The notes: generated by a model from the sequence alone, not told the origin. A stretch of 64,000 nucleotides of DNA from an uncultured Thermoleophilia bacterium (GCA_963779535.1 CAVZYP010000004.1:207101-271100); one strand, 5' to 3'; positions 37,241-45,571 are shown, numbered from the stretch's first letter. Translations and numbers: made by a program.

Positions 37241-38299
37241 ATGACGCTTCGTCTCTCCTCTGCCGGCGAGTCGCACGGGCCTGCGCTCGTGGCGATCCTC
37301 AGCGGCCTGCCGGCGGGCCTCGAGCTCGACCGCGCCGCGATCGACGCCGACCTGAAGCGCCGGCAGGAAGGCTACGGCCGCTCGCCGCGGCAGCAGATCG
37401 AACAGGACCGGGTCGAGGTGCTCGCCGGCCTCCGGCACGGCCGCACGCTGGGCACACCGCTCGCGCTCGTGGTTCGCAACGTCGACCACAAGAACTGGAC
37501 GTGGGGGATGGCACCTTGGCAGCCCGAGGGGGAGCCGTCGGGGAAGGGCACGAAACCGGTCACCCTGCCGCGGCCCGGCCACGCGGATCTCGCCGGTGTG
37601 CAGAAGTACGGGCACGCGGACGTGCGCAACTCCCTCGAGCGCGCCTCCGCCCGGCACACGGCCGTGCACGTGGCGGCCGGAGCGGTTGCGAAGGCGCTGC
37701 TCGCGACGATCGGCGTTTCGGTCGCCGGCTCGACGGTGGACGAAGAGGGCCTGCGCAGTCGCATCGACGAGGCGCGCGCGGAACGAGACACCGTCGGCGG
37801 CCTCGTCGAGGTGCGCGCGACCGGCGTGCCGCCGGGGCTCGGGTCCTACGCGTCGAAGGAGGATCGCCTCGACGCGAGGCTTGCTGCGGCGGTGATGGGC
37901 ATTCAGGCGGTCAAGGGCGTCGAGATCGGGGACGGGTTCGCGCTCGCGCAGCTGCGCGGATCCGAGGCGCACGACGAGATCGACACATCGAAGCGCCGCA
38001 CGTCGAACCGTGCCGGCGGCATCGAGGCGGGCATGTCGAACGGCGAGCAGATCGTCGTGCGCGCTGCAATGAAGCCGCTGCCGACGCTGATGAAGCCGCT
38101 CGGCTCCGTCGACCTCGTGACGGGCGAGCCCGGCGACGCACTGGTCGAGCGCTCGGATGTCGCCGCGGTCGAGGCCCTCGCCGTCGTTGCCGAGGCGGCC
38201 GTCGCCTGGGAGCTCGCGGTCGCGGCGCACGAGAAGTTCGGTGGGGACACGGTCGGCGATTTCGTCGCCGCGCACGCTGCGTATCTCGGGCGAATATGA
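37241..38299 (+). CDS. aroC: Chorismate synthase
   Basis: 352-aa ORF. Motifs AGESHGPALVAILSGLPAG, RPGHADL and GGIEAGMSNG. Confidence 0.92.
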   Translation: MTLRLSSAGESHGPALVAILSGLPAGLELDRAAIDADLKRRQEGYGRSPRQQIEQDRVEVLAGLRHGRTLGTPLALVVRNVDHKNWTWGMAPWQPEGEPSGKGTKPVTLPRPGHADLAGVQKYGHADVRNSLERASARHTAVHVAAGAVAKALLATIGVSVAGSTVDEEGLRSRIDEARAERDTVGGLVEVRATGVPPGLGSYASKEDRLDARLAAAVMGIQAVKGVEIGDGFALAQLRGSEAHDEIDTSKRRTSNRAGGIEAGMSNGEQIVVRAAMKPLPTLMKPLGSVDLVTGEPGDALVERSDVAAVEALAVVAEAAVAWELAVAAHEKFGGDTVGDFVAAHAAYLGRI

Positions 38300-39696
38300 C
38301 CCTCAACGCACTCGATCGGCATGTCGCATTGATCGGGTTCATGGGAGCCGGCAAGACCACGCTCGCCGGCGAGGTCGCCTCCCGGCTCGAGCGCACCGCG
38401 ATCGACGCCGACCGGCTGATCGAAGGGCGCGTGCAGGTGCCGCTCGGCGAGTTCTTCGCGAAGCGAGGTGAGCTCGAGTTCCGGGTGGTCGAATCGTCGA
38501 TCGTCGGCGAGACGCTGAGAAAGACCGCGCCGGCCGTGATCGCGCTCGGCGGCGGCGCCGTGAAGACAGCCTCGGTGCGGAAAGCGCTCGCGGCGAAAGC
38601 GCTGACCGTGCTCGTCGAGATCGACGTGGACACGGCCTGGCAGCGCGTGCGTGGCAGCAGCCGTCCCCTCGCGCGCAACGAAACGGAGTTCCGCAGGCTG
38701 TACGAGGAGCGCCAACCGCTCTATCGCGAGGCGGCGGACGTGGTCGCGAACGACGCCGACGGGGTCGTTCTCGCCGCGGCCGGCGTCCACCATGAGCTCG
38801 GGGCGCTCGAACGCCTCGGCGAGCTCGTTCCCGGCACCGGCGCGGTCGCACTCGTCACCGACTCGACGGTGATGGGCATCCACGGAGCAGCAGCTCAGAC
38901 GGCGCTCGGAGACCGGCTGGTCTCGACCCACGAGCTGCCGCGCGGCGAGGAGGCGAAGCAGCTGCAGGTCGTGGAACGCCTCTGGTCGGAGCTGACGCTC
39001 GACCGCACAGGAACCGTGGTCGCGCTCGGCGGCGGCTCGCTGACCGATGCTGCCGGTCTCGCCGCAGCGCTCTACCTGCGGGGAATCCCCTGGGTGGCCG
39101 TGCCGACGACGCTCGTCGGCCAGGTCGATGCGGGCGTCGGCGGCAAGACTGCGATCGACATTCCGCAGGGGAAGAACCTCGTCGGCGCCTTCCACTGGCC
39201 GGCCCGCGTCGTGATCGACGAAGCGCTGCTCGCAACGCTGCCCGAGCGCGAGCGGCGCCAGGGCGAGGCCGAACGGATCAAGACGGAGCTGCTTGCCGGC
39301 CGCGCGCTCGACGTGCGGGCGGCAGCCGCGTACAAGGCTGCGCTGTGTCTGCGTGACCCGCACGACCGCGGGCCGAGGCAATGGCTCAACCTCGGTCACA
39401 CGTTCGCGCACGCCCTCGAGGCGGCCGCCGATTTCGACCTGCCGCACGGTGAGGCGGTCGCCCTCGGTCTGCTCGCCGCGCTGCGGCTGAGCGGCCGCGA
39501 TCCGGCTCGGGTCGTGTCGGCGCTCGATCCGCAGCCTGTGCACGTCGATCGCGAGCGCGCCTGGGCGGCGTTGCTACGCGACAAGAAGCGAAGCGGCGAG
39601 ACGATCAACCTCGTGCTCCTCGGTGAGGACGGGCCGTATCTCGACGCGCGTTCGCCGGACGAGGTCCGCGCGGCCCTGGATACCCTGATTTCCTGA
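38296..39696 (+). CDS. aroKB: Bifunctional shikimate kinase / 3-dehydroquinate synthase
   Basis: ATG 38296 overlaps the aroC stop (ATGA), within ORF 37501..39696. Kinase P-loop GFMGAGKTT. AroB core follows with GGGSLTDAAG, PTTLVGQVDAGVGGKTAI and LNLGHTFAHALE. No stop between the two parts. Confidence 0.88.
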   Translation: MTLNALDRHVALIGFMGAGKTTLAGEVASRLERTAIDADRLIEGRVQVPLGEFFAKRGELEFRVVESSIVGETLRKTAPAVIALGGGAVKTASVRKALAAKALTVLVEIDVDTAWQRVRGSSRPLARNETEFRRLYEERQPLYREAADVVANDADGVVLAAAGVHHELGALERLGELVPGTGAVALVTDSTVMGIHGAAAQTALGDRLVSTHELPRGEEAKQLQVVERLWSELTLDRTGTVVALGGGSLTDAAGLAAALYLRGIPWVAVPTTLVGQVDAGVGGKTAIDIPQGKNLVGAFHWPARVVIDEALLATLPERERRQGEAERIKTELLAGRALDVRAAAAYKAALCLRDPHDRGPRQWLNLGHTFAHALEAAADFDLPHGEAVALGLLAALRLSGRDPARVVSALDPQPVHVDRERAWAALLRDKKRSGETINLVLLGEDGPYLDARSPDEVRAALDTLIS

Positions 39697-40133
39697 TGCA
39701 GGTCCTCGTCCTGAACGGCGTCAACCTGAACGTGCTCGGTCGCCGCGACCGGACGATCTACGGCGGGCTCAGCCTGAACGAGCTCGAGAGCCGCATCTAC
39801 GGCTGGGCACACGAGCTCGACATCAGCGCGCGCTGCCGCCAGACGAACAGCGAAGGGGAGTACATCGGCTGGATCCACGACTCGTACGACAACGTCGACG
39901 GCTTGATCGTCAATCCGGGAGCCTGGAGCCACTACAGCTATGCGATCCGGGACGCGCTCGAGCTGATGACCGTCCCGATCGTCGAGGTGCACCTCTCCGA
40001 CATCGACCATCGTGAGGAATGGCGGCGGACGAGCGTGATCGCGGAGCTCGCTGCACACCGGGTGATCGGCAAGGGGCCGGACGGCTATCGCGAGGCGTTC
40101 GAGTTCCTCGCCGGGAAGGAGCTCACAACGTGA
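39696..40133 (+). CDS. aroQ: Type II 3-dehydroquinate dehydratase
   Basis: 145-aa ORF. Motifs LNGVNLNVLGRRD, QTNSEGE, NPGAWSHYS and EVHLSD. Confidence 0.93.
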   Translation: MQVLVLNGVNLNVLGRRDRTIYGGLSLNELESRIYGWAHELDISARCRQTNSEGEYIGWIHDSYDNVDGLIVNPGAWSHYSYAIRDALELMTVPIVEVHLSDIDHREEWRRTSVIAELAAHRVIGKGPDGYREAFEFLAGKELTT

Positions 40134-41170
40134 ATGCACGGATGCACGCGCTGAGCGAGCGCCTCGAGACGCCGCTCCTCGTCACGAACCTGACCAACGT
40201 CTTCTATCTGACGGGCTTCGACAGCTCGAATGCCGCGCTCCTCGTCGAGCCGGGCGGCCAGGCGACGCTCTACACCGACTTCCGGTACATCGAGTCGGCG
40301 CAGGAGGTGGCCGGGGTCGAGGTGCAGCTCGCGAAGCGGGGCCTGATGCAGGACATCGGTGAGCTTCTGAAGGGAAAGGTCCAGTTCGAGGCGGACGTGC
40401 TCCCGTACCTGGAGTGGGAGCGCCTTCAGTCGGGCGGCGCGAAGCTCGTGCCGACCCGTGGCCTCGTCGACGAGGTCCGTGCGGTGAAGGACGCCGAAGA
40501 GGTGGTGAAGATCGGCCGCTCGGCGAAGATCGCCGACCGCGGCCTCGAGGCGCTGACCGCCGAGACGTGGATCGGCCGCTCGGAGCGCGAGCTCGCCTGG
40601 CGGCTCCGAGAGCTGCTGCATGCGCACGGCGCCGACGAGCTGTCGTTCGACTCGATCGTCGCGTCGGGCGAGAACGGCGCCAGGCCGCACGGCCATCCGA
40701 CCGACAAGATCGTCGAGCGCGGCACCCTCGTCACCGTCGACTGGGGCGTTCGCGTCGACGGCTACTGCAGCGACTGCACGCGCACGTTCTCGACCGGACG
40801 GCTGCCCGATCGCCTGCGTGAGGCCTACGACGTGTGCCTCGAGGCGCAGCAGCATGCGTGCGCGAACATCAAAGCCGGGCTCACGGGGGTGGAGGCGGAC
40901 GCCCTTGCGCGCGATCGCATCGACGCAGCCGGGTTCGGCGAGGCATTCGGCCACGGCCTCGGGCACGGGGTGGGCCTCGCGATCCACGAAGCGCCCCGCC
41001 TGTCGACCGAATCGACCGACACTCTCGCCGCCGGGCACTGCGTCACGATCGAGCCGGGCATCTACCTCTCAGGGCTCGGCGGCGTGCGGATCGAGGACCT
41101 CGCGATCGTCCGCGACGACGGCGTCGACCTCCTGACGAGCTTCCCGAAGGAGCTGATCGAGGTTTCGTGA
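40130..41170 (+). CDS. pepQ: M24 family Xaa-Pro aminopeptidase
   Basis: GTG 40130 overlaps the aroQ stop (GTGA); ATG 40142 is the alternative. Metal ligands in VDWGVRVDGYCSDCTRT, HGLGHGVG, EPGIY and IED. Confidence 0.85.
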   Translation: MNARMHALSERLETPLLVTNLTNVFYLTGFDSSNAALLVEPGGQATLYTDFRYIESAQEVAGVEVQLAKRGLMQDIGELLKGKVQFEADVLPYLEWERLQSGGAKLVPTRGLVDEVRAVKDAEEVVKIGRSAKIADRGLEALTAETWIGRSERELAWRLRELLHAHGADELSFDSIVASGENGARPHGHPTDKIVERGTLVTVDWGVRVDGYCSDCTRTFSTGRLPDRLREAYDVCLEAQQHACANIKAGLTGVEADALARDRIDAAGFGEAFGHGLGHGVGLAIHEAPRLSTESTDTLAAGHCVTIEPGIYLSGLGGVRIEDLAIVRDDGVDLLTSFPKELIEVS

Positions 41171-41176
41171 CACACC

Positions 41177-41207
41177 CGAACCTGGTTCGCACAGCGAACC
41201 AGGTTCG
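41177..41207 (+). terminator. Perfect 13-bp hairpin CGAACCTGGTTCG-cacag-CGAACCAGGTTCG (each arm is itself palindromic)
   Basis: Read directly from the sequence. It follows the pepQ stop by 6 nt and ends 9 nt before the efp -10-like box. No U tract. Confidence 0.45.
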
Positions 41208-41216
41208 CGAGTTCGC

Positions 41217-41222
41217 TACCCT
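41217..41222 (+). promoter_or_regulatory. -10-like hexamer TACCCT, 9 nt before ATG 41232
   Basis: TANNNT plus short spacer. Confidence 0.35.
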
Positions 41223-41231
41223 CCGGCGCCG

Positions 41232-41798
41232 ATGGCAGAGGTCGTCGCAACCAATCAGTTCCGCAACGGGATGCACATCGAGCTCGAGGGCCAGACCTGG
41301 CGCATCGTGGAGTTCCAGCACGTGAAGCCGGGAAAGGGCGGCGCCTTCGTGCGCACCAAGCTGAAATCGCTTGCGTCCGGCTCCGTGGTCGACAAGACCT
41401 TCAGGGCGGGCGAGAAGTTCCCGCGCGTGCGCACCGAGCAGAAGAACATGCAGTTCCTCTACGACTCGGGCGACGAGGTCGTGTTCATGGACGAGTCGAA
41501 CTACGAGCAGCTCTCCTTGCCGCACGCGTTGATCGAGGACGAGCTGCCGTTCATGCAGCCCTCGTCGTCGGTGCAGGTGATGTTCGTCGGAGGGACGCCC
41601 TCCGGGATCGACCTGCCCGCCTCGGTGATCCTCGAGGTGACCGACACCGAGCCGGGTGTGAAGGGCGACACCGTCTCGAACGTCATGAAGCCGGCCACCC
41701 TCGAGACCGGCGCAATCATCCAGGTGCCCCTCTTCGTCAACGTCGGGGACAAGATCAAGCTCGATCCCCGGGAGAAGCGGTACATCCAGCGCGCGTAG
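41232..41798 (+). CDS. efp: Elongation factor P
   Basis: 188-aa ORF. Motifs FRNGMHIELEG, VKPGKGGAFVRTKLK and VPLFV. Confidence 0.95.
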   Translation: MAEVVATNQFRNGMHIELEGQTWRIVEFQHVKPGKGGAFVRTKLKSLASGSVVDKTFRAGEKFPRVRTEQKNMQFLYDSGDEVVFMDESNYEQLSLPHALIEDELPFMQPSSSVQVMFVGGTPSGIDLPASVILEVTDTEPGVKGDTVSNVMKPATLETGAIIQVPLFVNVGDKIKLDPREKRYIQRA

Positions 41799-41801
41799 CG
41801 G

Positions 41802-41807
41802 TAGGGT
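41802..41807 (+). promoter_or_regulatory. -10-like hexamer TAGGGT, 8 nt before ATG 41816
   Basis: TANNNT plus short spacer, 4 nt after the efp TAG stop. Confidence 0.4.
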
Positions 41808-41815
41808 CCCAGGCC

Positions 41816-43621
41816 ATGCCGCGCCTCGTCGACACGACGATCCGCGTCCTCAGTCAGGAGCCGCTTGCCGGCCTGATGCCGACGGCGGATCTGCTGCGCC
41901 TCGCCGACCTCCTCGACGGGGCGGGCTTCGCGTACCTGGAGGTCTCGGGCGGCGGAGTCTTCGACAACGCCGTACGGCGGGGAGTCGAGAGCCCGTGGGA
42001 GCGCATCCGGGCGCTGAAGGCGCGCACGACGACGCCGCTCGCGCTCGCCTTGCGTGGACGGTTCCTCGTCGGATCGCGGCCGGTCGGCGGCGACTTCGCG
42101 CGACGGTTCGTCGCGAGCGCCGCCCAGAGCGGCATCGAGGTCTTCCGCCTGCACGACCCGCTGAACGACGTCGACAACCTGCGCGAGGCGGCCGAGGCGA
42201 TCGTCGACTCGGGCGCCGAGTTCGAGGCCGGCCTGCTCTACGGCAGCGGGAAGCACGAAGCGCTCGTCGAGGCCGCGAAGCGACTGCCGCACCTGGGCGC
42301 CGCACGCATCCTCCTGAACGACCCCGCAGCCGTCCTGCAGCCGCACCGGGCCAGTGAGCTCGTCGCCGAGCTTCGGGACGTGTCGGGCCTGCCCGTCGGC
42401 CTCTACGCGCAGGGCGCGGGCGGAAACGCACTTGCCGCCGCGATCGAGGCTGCGCGAGCGGGCGCCGACGTGATCGCGACTTCTGTCTACCCCGTTGCAC
42501 TCACGATGCACCGCGTCTCCTCCGAGGCCGCCGCGCAAGCGCTGGCCGGGCTGGGGCTCTCGACGGGGGTCGACATGGACGCCCTCTGGGCCGCTGCCGA
42601 TCTGGTCGACGAGCACATCGGCGACGAGCCGGTCTCGCCGGTTGCGCCGCGAATCGCAGTGCGCGCCGCGCAGCGGAAGCTGCCGGTCGGCCTGGTGGGT
42701 GCGCTCGACGCGCAGCTTCGCAGCCAGGCGGCTGGAGATCGCCTCGACGAGGTGCTGGAAGAGGTCGACAAGGTCCGCATCGAGGTGGGCTCACCGCCGC
42801 TCGCCGCGCCGATCGGCAACATCGTCGCGTCACAGGCGCTCCTGAACGTGCTCACCGCCAATCGTTACTCCACGATGGTCGACGAGCTTCGCGACCTCGT
42901 CGAGGGACGCTTCGGGCGCACACCGGCGGCGGTGGACCCGGCCCTCGTCCGCGCGGTCGCTCTGATCGGCAACGGTCGCGACGAGGATCCGGTGGTCGAC
43001 CTCGACCAGCTCCGCGCGGACGCAGAGGGTCTCGCCTCCAGCGAGGAGGAGCTGCTCCTGCTTGCGCTCTTCGGCGAGGAGGCCGAGCCCTTGCTCCGCT
43101 CGATCCGCGAGCGCTCGGGCGGCGACGAGTCGCTCGGCGCACGGGGTGTCGACCAGGCGCGCGCCGAGAAGATCCGAGAGATCGTGCGCATCGTGCAGGA
43201 GACCGGAGTGGGCGAGATCACGATCGAGGAGGACGGCATGCGCGTCAGCGTCCGCCGCACCGCCGACCATGCTCCGGCCGCTCAGGCCGCTCCCGCCGGG
43301 CCGGCGGCACCGGAGGGTGAGGCAGAGCTGCCGCCGGTCGCGCCCCGCGACGACTCGCTCGTCCGGGTGGAGAGCCCGATGGTCGGGACCTTCTACCGCG
43401 CACCGGCGCCGGGAGCCGCCGCCTTCGTCGAGGAAGGCGACCCCGTCGCCGCCGGTCAGACGCTCTGCATCCTCGAAGCGATGAAGCTCATGAACGAGGT
43501 GAAGTCCGACGTCGAAGCCGTCGTGCGCGCGATCCACGTGGGCGACGCCGAGGCGGTCGAGTACGGCCAGCTGCTCTTCGAGCTCGAACCGGTCAACGGC
43601 CGACCACTCGACGCGGTGTAG
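41816..43621 (+). CDS. Fusion protein: pyruvate-carboxylase-B / oxaloacetate-decarboxylase-alpha-like carboxyltransferase domain (catalytic motifs substituted) + AccB-type biotin carboxyl carrier domain
   Basis: 601-aa ORF. N-terminal 440 aa follow the 5S/PycB TIM-barrel pattern (DTTIR..., EVSGGGVFD..ESPWERIR, FRLHDPLND). C-terminal part has ITIEEDGMRVSVRR ... CILEAMKLMNEV (biotinyl-Lys motif). Confidence 0.75.
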   Translation: MPRLVDTTIRVLSQEPLAGLMPTADLLRLADLLDGAGFAYLEVSGGGVFDNAVRRGVESPWERIRALKARTTTPLALALRGRFLVGSRPVGGDFARRFVASAAQSGIEVFRLHDPLNDVDNLREAAEAIVDSGAEFEAGLLYGSGKHEALVEAAKRLPHLGAARILLNDPAAVLQPHRASELVAELRDVSGLPVGLYAQGAGGNALAAAIEAARAGADVIATSVYPVALTMHRVSSEAAAQALAGLGLSTGVDMDALWAAADLVDEHIGDEPVSPVAPRIAVRAAQRKLPVGLVGALDAQLRSQAAGDRLDEVLEEVDKVRIEVGSPPLAAPIGNIVASQALLNVLTANRYSTMVDELRDLVEGRFGRTPAAVDPALVRAVALIGNGRDEDPVVDLDQLRADAEGLASSEEELLLLALFGEEAEPLLRSIRERSGGDESLGARGVDQARAEKIREIVRIVQETGVGEITIEEDGMRVSVRRTADHAPAAQAAPAGPAAPEGEAELPPVAPRDDSLVRVESPMVGTFYRAPAPGAAAFVEEGDPVAAGQTLCILEAMKLMNEVKSDVEAVVRAIHVGDAEAVEYGQLLFELEPVNGRPLDAV

Positions 43622-44967
43622 TGATGTTCACCAGAGTCCTGGTGGCAAACCGTGGCGAGATCGCCGTCCGGGTGATCCGCGCGCTCCACGAGCTCGACAT
43701 CGAGGCGGTTGCCATCTACTCGACGGCCGACAAGGACGCGCTGCACGTGCGTCTGGCCGACCAGGCTGTCCACGTCGGGCCGCCTCCCGCCGCCGAGAGT
43801 TATCTCCGGATCCCGAACGTGATCGCAGCTGCGACGACCACCGGCTGTCAGGCGGTGCATCCCGGGTACGGGTTCCTCGCCGAGAACCCCGGGTTCGTCG
43901 AGGCGTGCGTCGACAACGACCTGGTGTTCATCGGACCGCCGGCGGACGTCATGGCGACGATGGGGGACAAGATCTCCGCGAAGCAGGCCATGCGCGCCGC
44001 CGACGTGCCGACGGTTCCCGGCACCGAGGGTGCAACGAACGTCTCCGCGGCGCGGGCCGCGGCGGAGGAGATCGGCTTCCCCGTCCTGCTCAAGGCGACG
44101 GCCGGCGGCGGTGGCAAGGGCATGCGGCTCGTCACGCAGCCCGATGAGCTCGAGGACGCGTTCGGGATGGCCGCGGCCGAGGCAGAGGCTGCGTTCGGCG
44201 ACGCGACGATGTACGTCGAGAAGGCGCTCGTGCCGGCACGGCACGTCGAGATCCAGGTTCTTTGCGACCAGTACGGCAACGTGCTCACGCTCGGCGAGCG
44301 CGAGTGCTCGATTCAGCGCCGCCATCAGAAGCTGATCGAAGAGTCGCCGTCGGCGGCGCTCACCCCGGAGGCACGGGAGGCGATGGAGCTCGCAGCCGAG
44401 CGCGCCTGCCGCGCCGTCGGCTATCGCAACGCAGGCACCTTCGAGTTCCTGCTCGGCCCCGACGGCAGCTTCTACTTCATCGAGCTCAACGCCCGACTGC
44501 AGGTCGAGCACCCGGTGACCGAGCTCTGCACCGGCATCGATCTCGTGCGCGAGCAGCTGCTCGTCGCCGCAGGCGAGGAGCTGAGCGTGTCCGGCCGCGC
44601 CCCCCGCCGCGGGCACGCGATCGAGATCCGTCTCAACGCCGAGGATCCCGAGCACGATTTCCGGCCCTCTCCTGGCCGCATCGGCCTCTTCGAGCCGCCG
44701 CTCGGCCCGGGTGTGCGGGTCGACACGTTCGTCGAGTCGGGCTCGATGATCTCGCCGTTCTACGACTCGATGGTCGCCAAGCTGATCGTCTGGGACAGCG
44801 ACCGCCCGGCCGCGATCGCCCGGGCCGAGCGCGCGCTGCGCGAAACGGTCATCGAGGGCGTCCCGACGACTCGCGACCTCGCGCTCGAGGTGCTCGGGAG
44901 CGAGGCGTTCCGCAGCGGCGAGTACTCCACCTCGACGCTCGAGGCGCTGCGGGCGCCGGTCCTATGA
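43621..44967 (+). CDS. accC: Biotin carboxylase (acetyl-CoA / pyruvate carboxylase subunit A type)
   Basis: 448-aa ORF. Motifs VANRGEIAVRVIRA, GYGFLAEN, KATAGGGGKGMR, EIQV, CSIQRRHQKLIEE and ELNARLQVEHPVTE. GTG 43621 or ATG 43624. Confidence 0.93.
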   Translation: MMFTRVLVANRGEIAVRVIRALHELDIEAVAIYSTADKDALHVRLADQAVHVGPPPAAESYLRIPNVIAAATTTGCQAVHPGYGFLAENPGFVEACVDNDLVFIGPPADVMATMGDKISAKQAMRAADVPTVPGTEGATNVSAARAAAEEIGFPVLLKATAGGGGKGMRLVTQPDELEDAFGMAAAEAEAAFGDATMYVEKALVPARHVEIQVLCDQYGNVLTLGERECSIQRRHQKLIEESPSAALTPEAREAMELAAERACRAVGYRNAGTFEFLLGPDGSFYFIELNARLQVEHPVTELCTGIDLVREQLLVAAGEELSVSGRAPRRGHAIEIRLNAEDPEHDFRPSPGRIGLFEPPLGPGVRVDTFVESGSMISPFYDSMVAKLIVWDSDRPAAIARAERALRETVIEGVPTTRDLALEVLGSEAFRSGEYSTSTLEALRAPVL

Positions 44968-45344
44968 GCATCTCGCGCCGCCAGGCACGCCGGCAGGCGC
45001 TGTTCCTGCTCTACCAGTGGGATCTCTCGGGACAGGAGATCGGCTCGCAGTACGCCGGCGAGATCGATCCCTGGGCGCGCGGGATCGCGGAGGCCGTAGC
45101 CGAACACGCTCCCGAGCTCGACCTGCGCATCACATCGGCGGCGGACGGCTGGACGGCCGACCGGTTGGGCGTCGTCGAGCGCAGCGCCCTGCGCGTCGCC
45201 GTGCACGAATTGACGTCGCGCGAGATCCCGGCGGAGGTGGCGATCAACGAGGCCGTGGCGTTCACCAAGCGCTATGCATCCGACGACGGTGCCAGGCTCG
45301 TGAACGGCATTCTGGGACGCATCCAAAGCGAGGAGGCCGCATGA
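44964..45344 (+). CDS. nusB: Transcription antitermination factor NusB
   Basis: ATG 44964 overlaps the accC stop (ATGA). Motifs RRQARRQALFLLYQWD and INEAVAFTKRY.... Confidence 0.85.
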   Translation: MSISRRQARRQALFLLYQWDLSGQEIGSQYAGEIDPWARGIAEAVAEHAPELDLRITSAADGWTADRLGVVERSALRVAVHELTSREIPAEVAINEAVAFTKRYASDDGARLVNGILGRIQSEEAA

Positions 45345-45571
45345 CGTCGGAAGAGTCGTTGAACAACGCAGAGCATCTGCTGGCGCGGCTGGAGGCGGCG
45401 CGGGTGCGCCTGGAGGAGACCGAGGACCCCGATCAGGCGATCGAGATCCTCCAGGAGCTGGCCGAGCTCGCGAAGGAGGTCGAAGGGGAGCTCCAGCGGG
45501 CGAAACGGGCCGCCGAGACAGAGGCTGCCGCGCCGCCAGTGGAGACGCCGCCGGATGCAGCCGCGGGTTGA
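45341..45571 (+). CDS. Small helical (coiled-coil-like) acidic protein of unknown function, in the xseB-like slot
   Basis: ATG 45341 overlaps the nusB stop (ATGA). 76 aa, overlaps the next gene by 17 nt. Helical heptad-like LLARLEAARVRLEE...ILQELAELAKEVEGELQRAK. Confidence 0.5.
   Translation: MTSEESLNNAEHLLARLEAARVRLEETEDPDQAIEILQELAELAKEVEGELQRAKRAAETEAAAPPVETPPDAAAG

Noticed and set aside
34775-38275. 1166-aa minus-strand ORF that looks like a giant protein
   Set aside because: It is a composite. Only the central ~330 codons (the LivM-like permease) are real. The N-terminal part is antisense to aroC/livH, and the C-terminal part is an out-of-frame read-through of the ATPase region.
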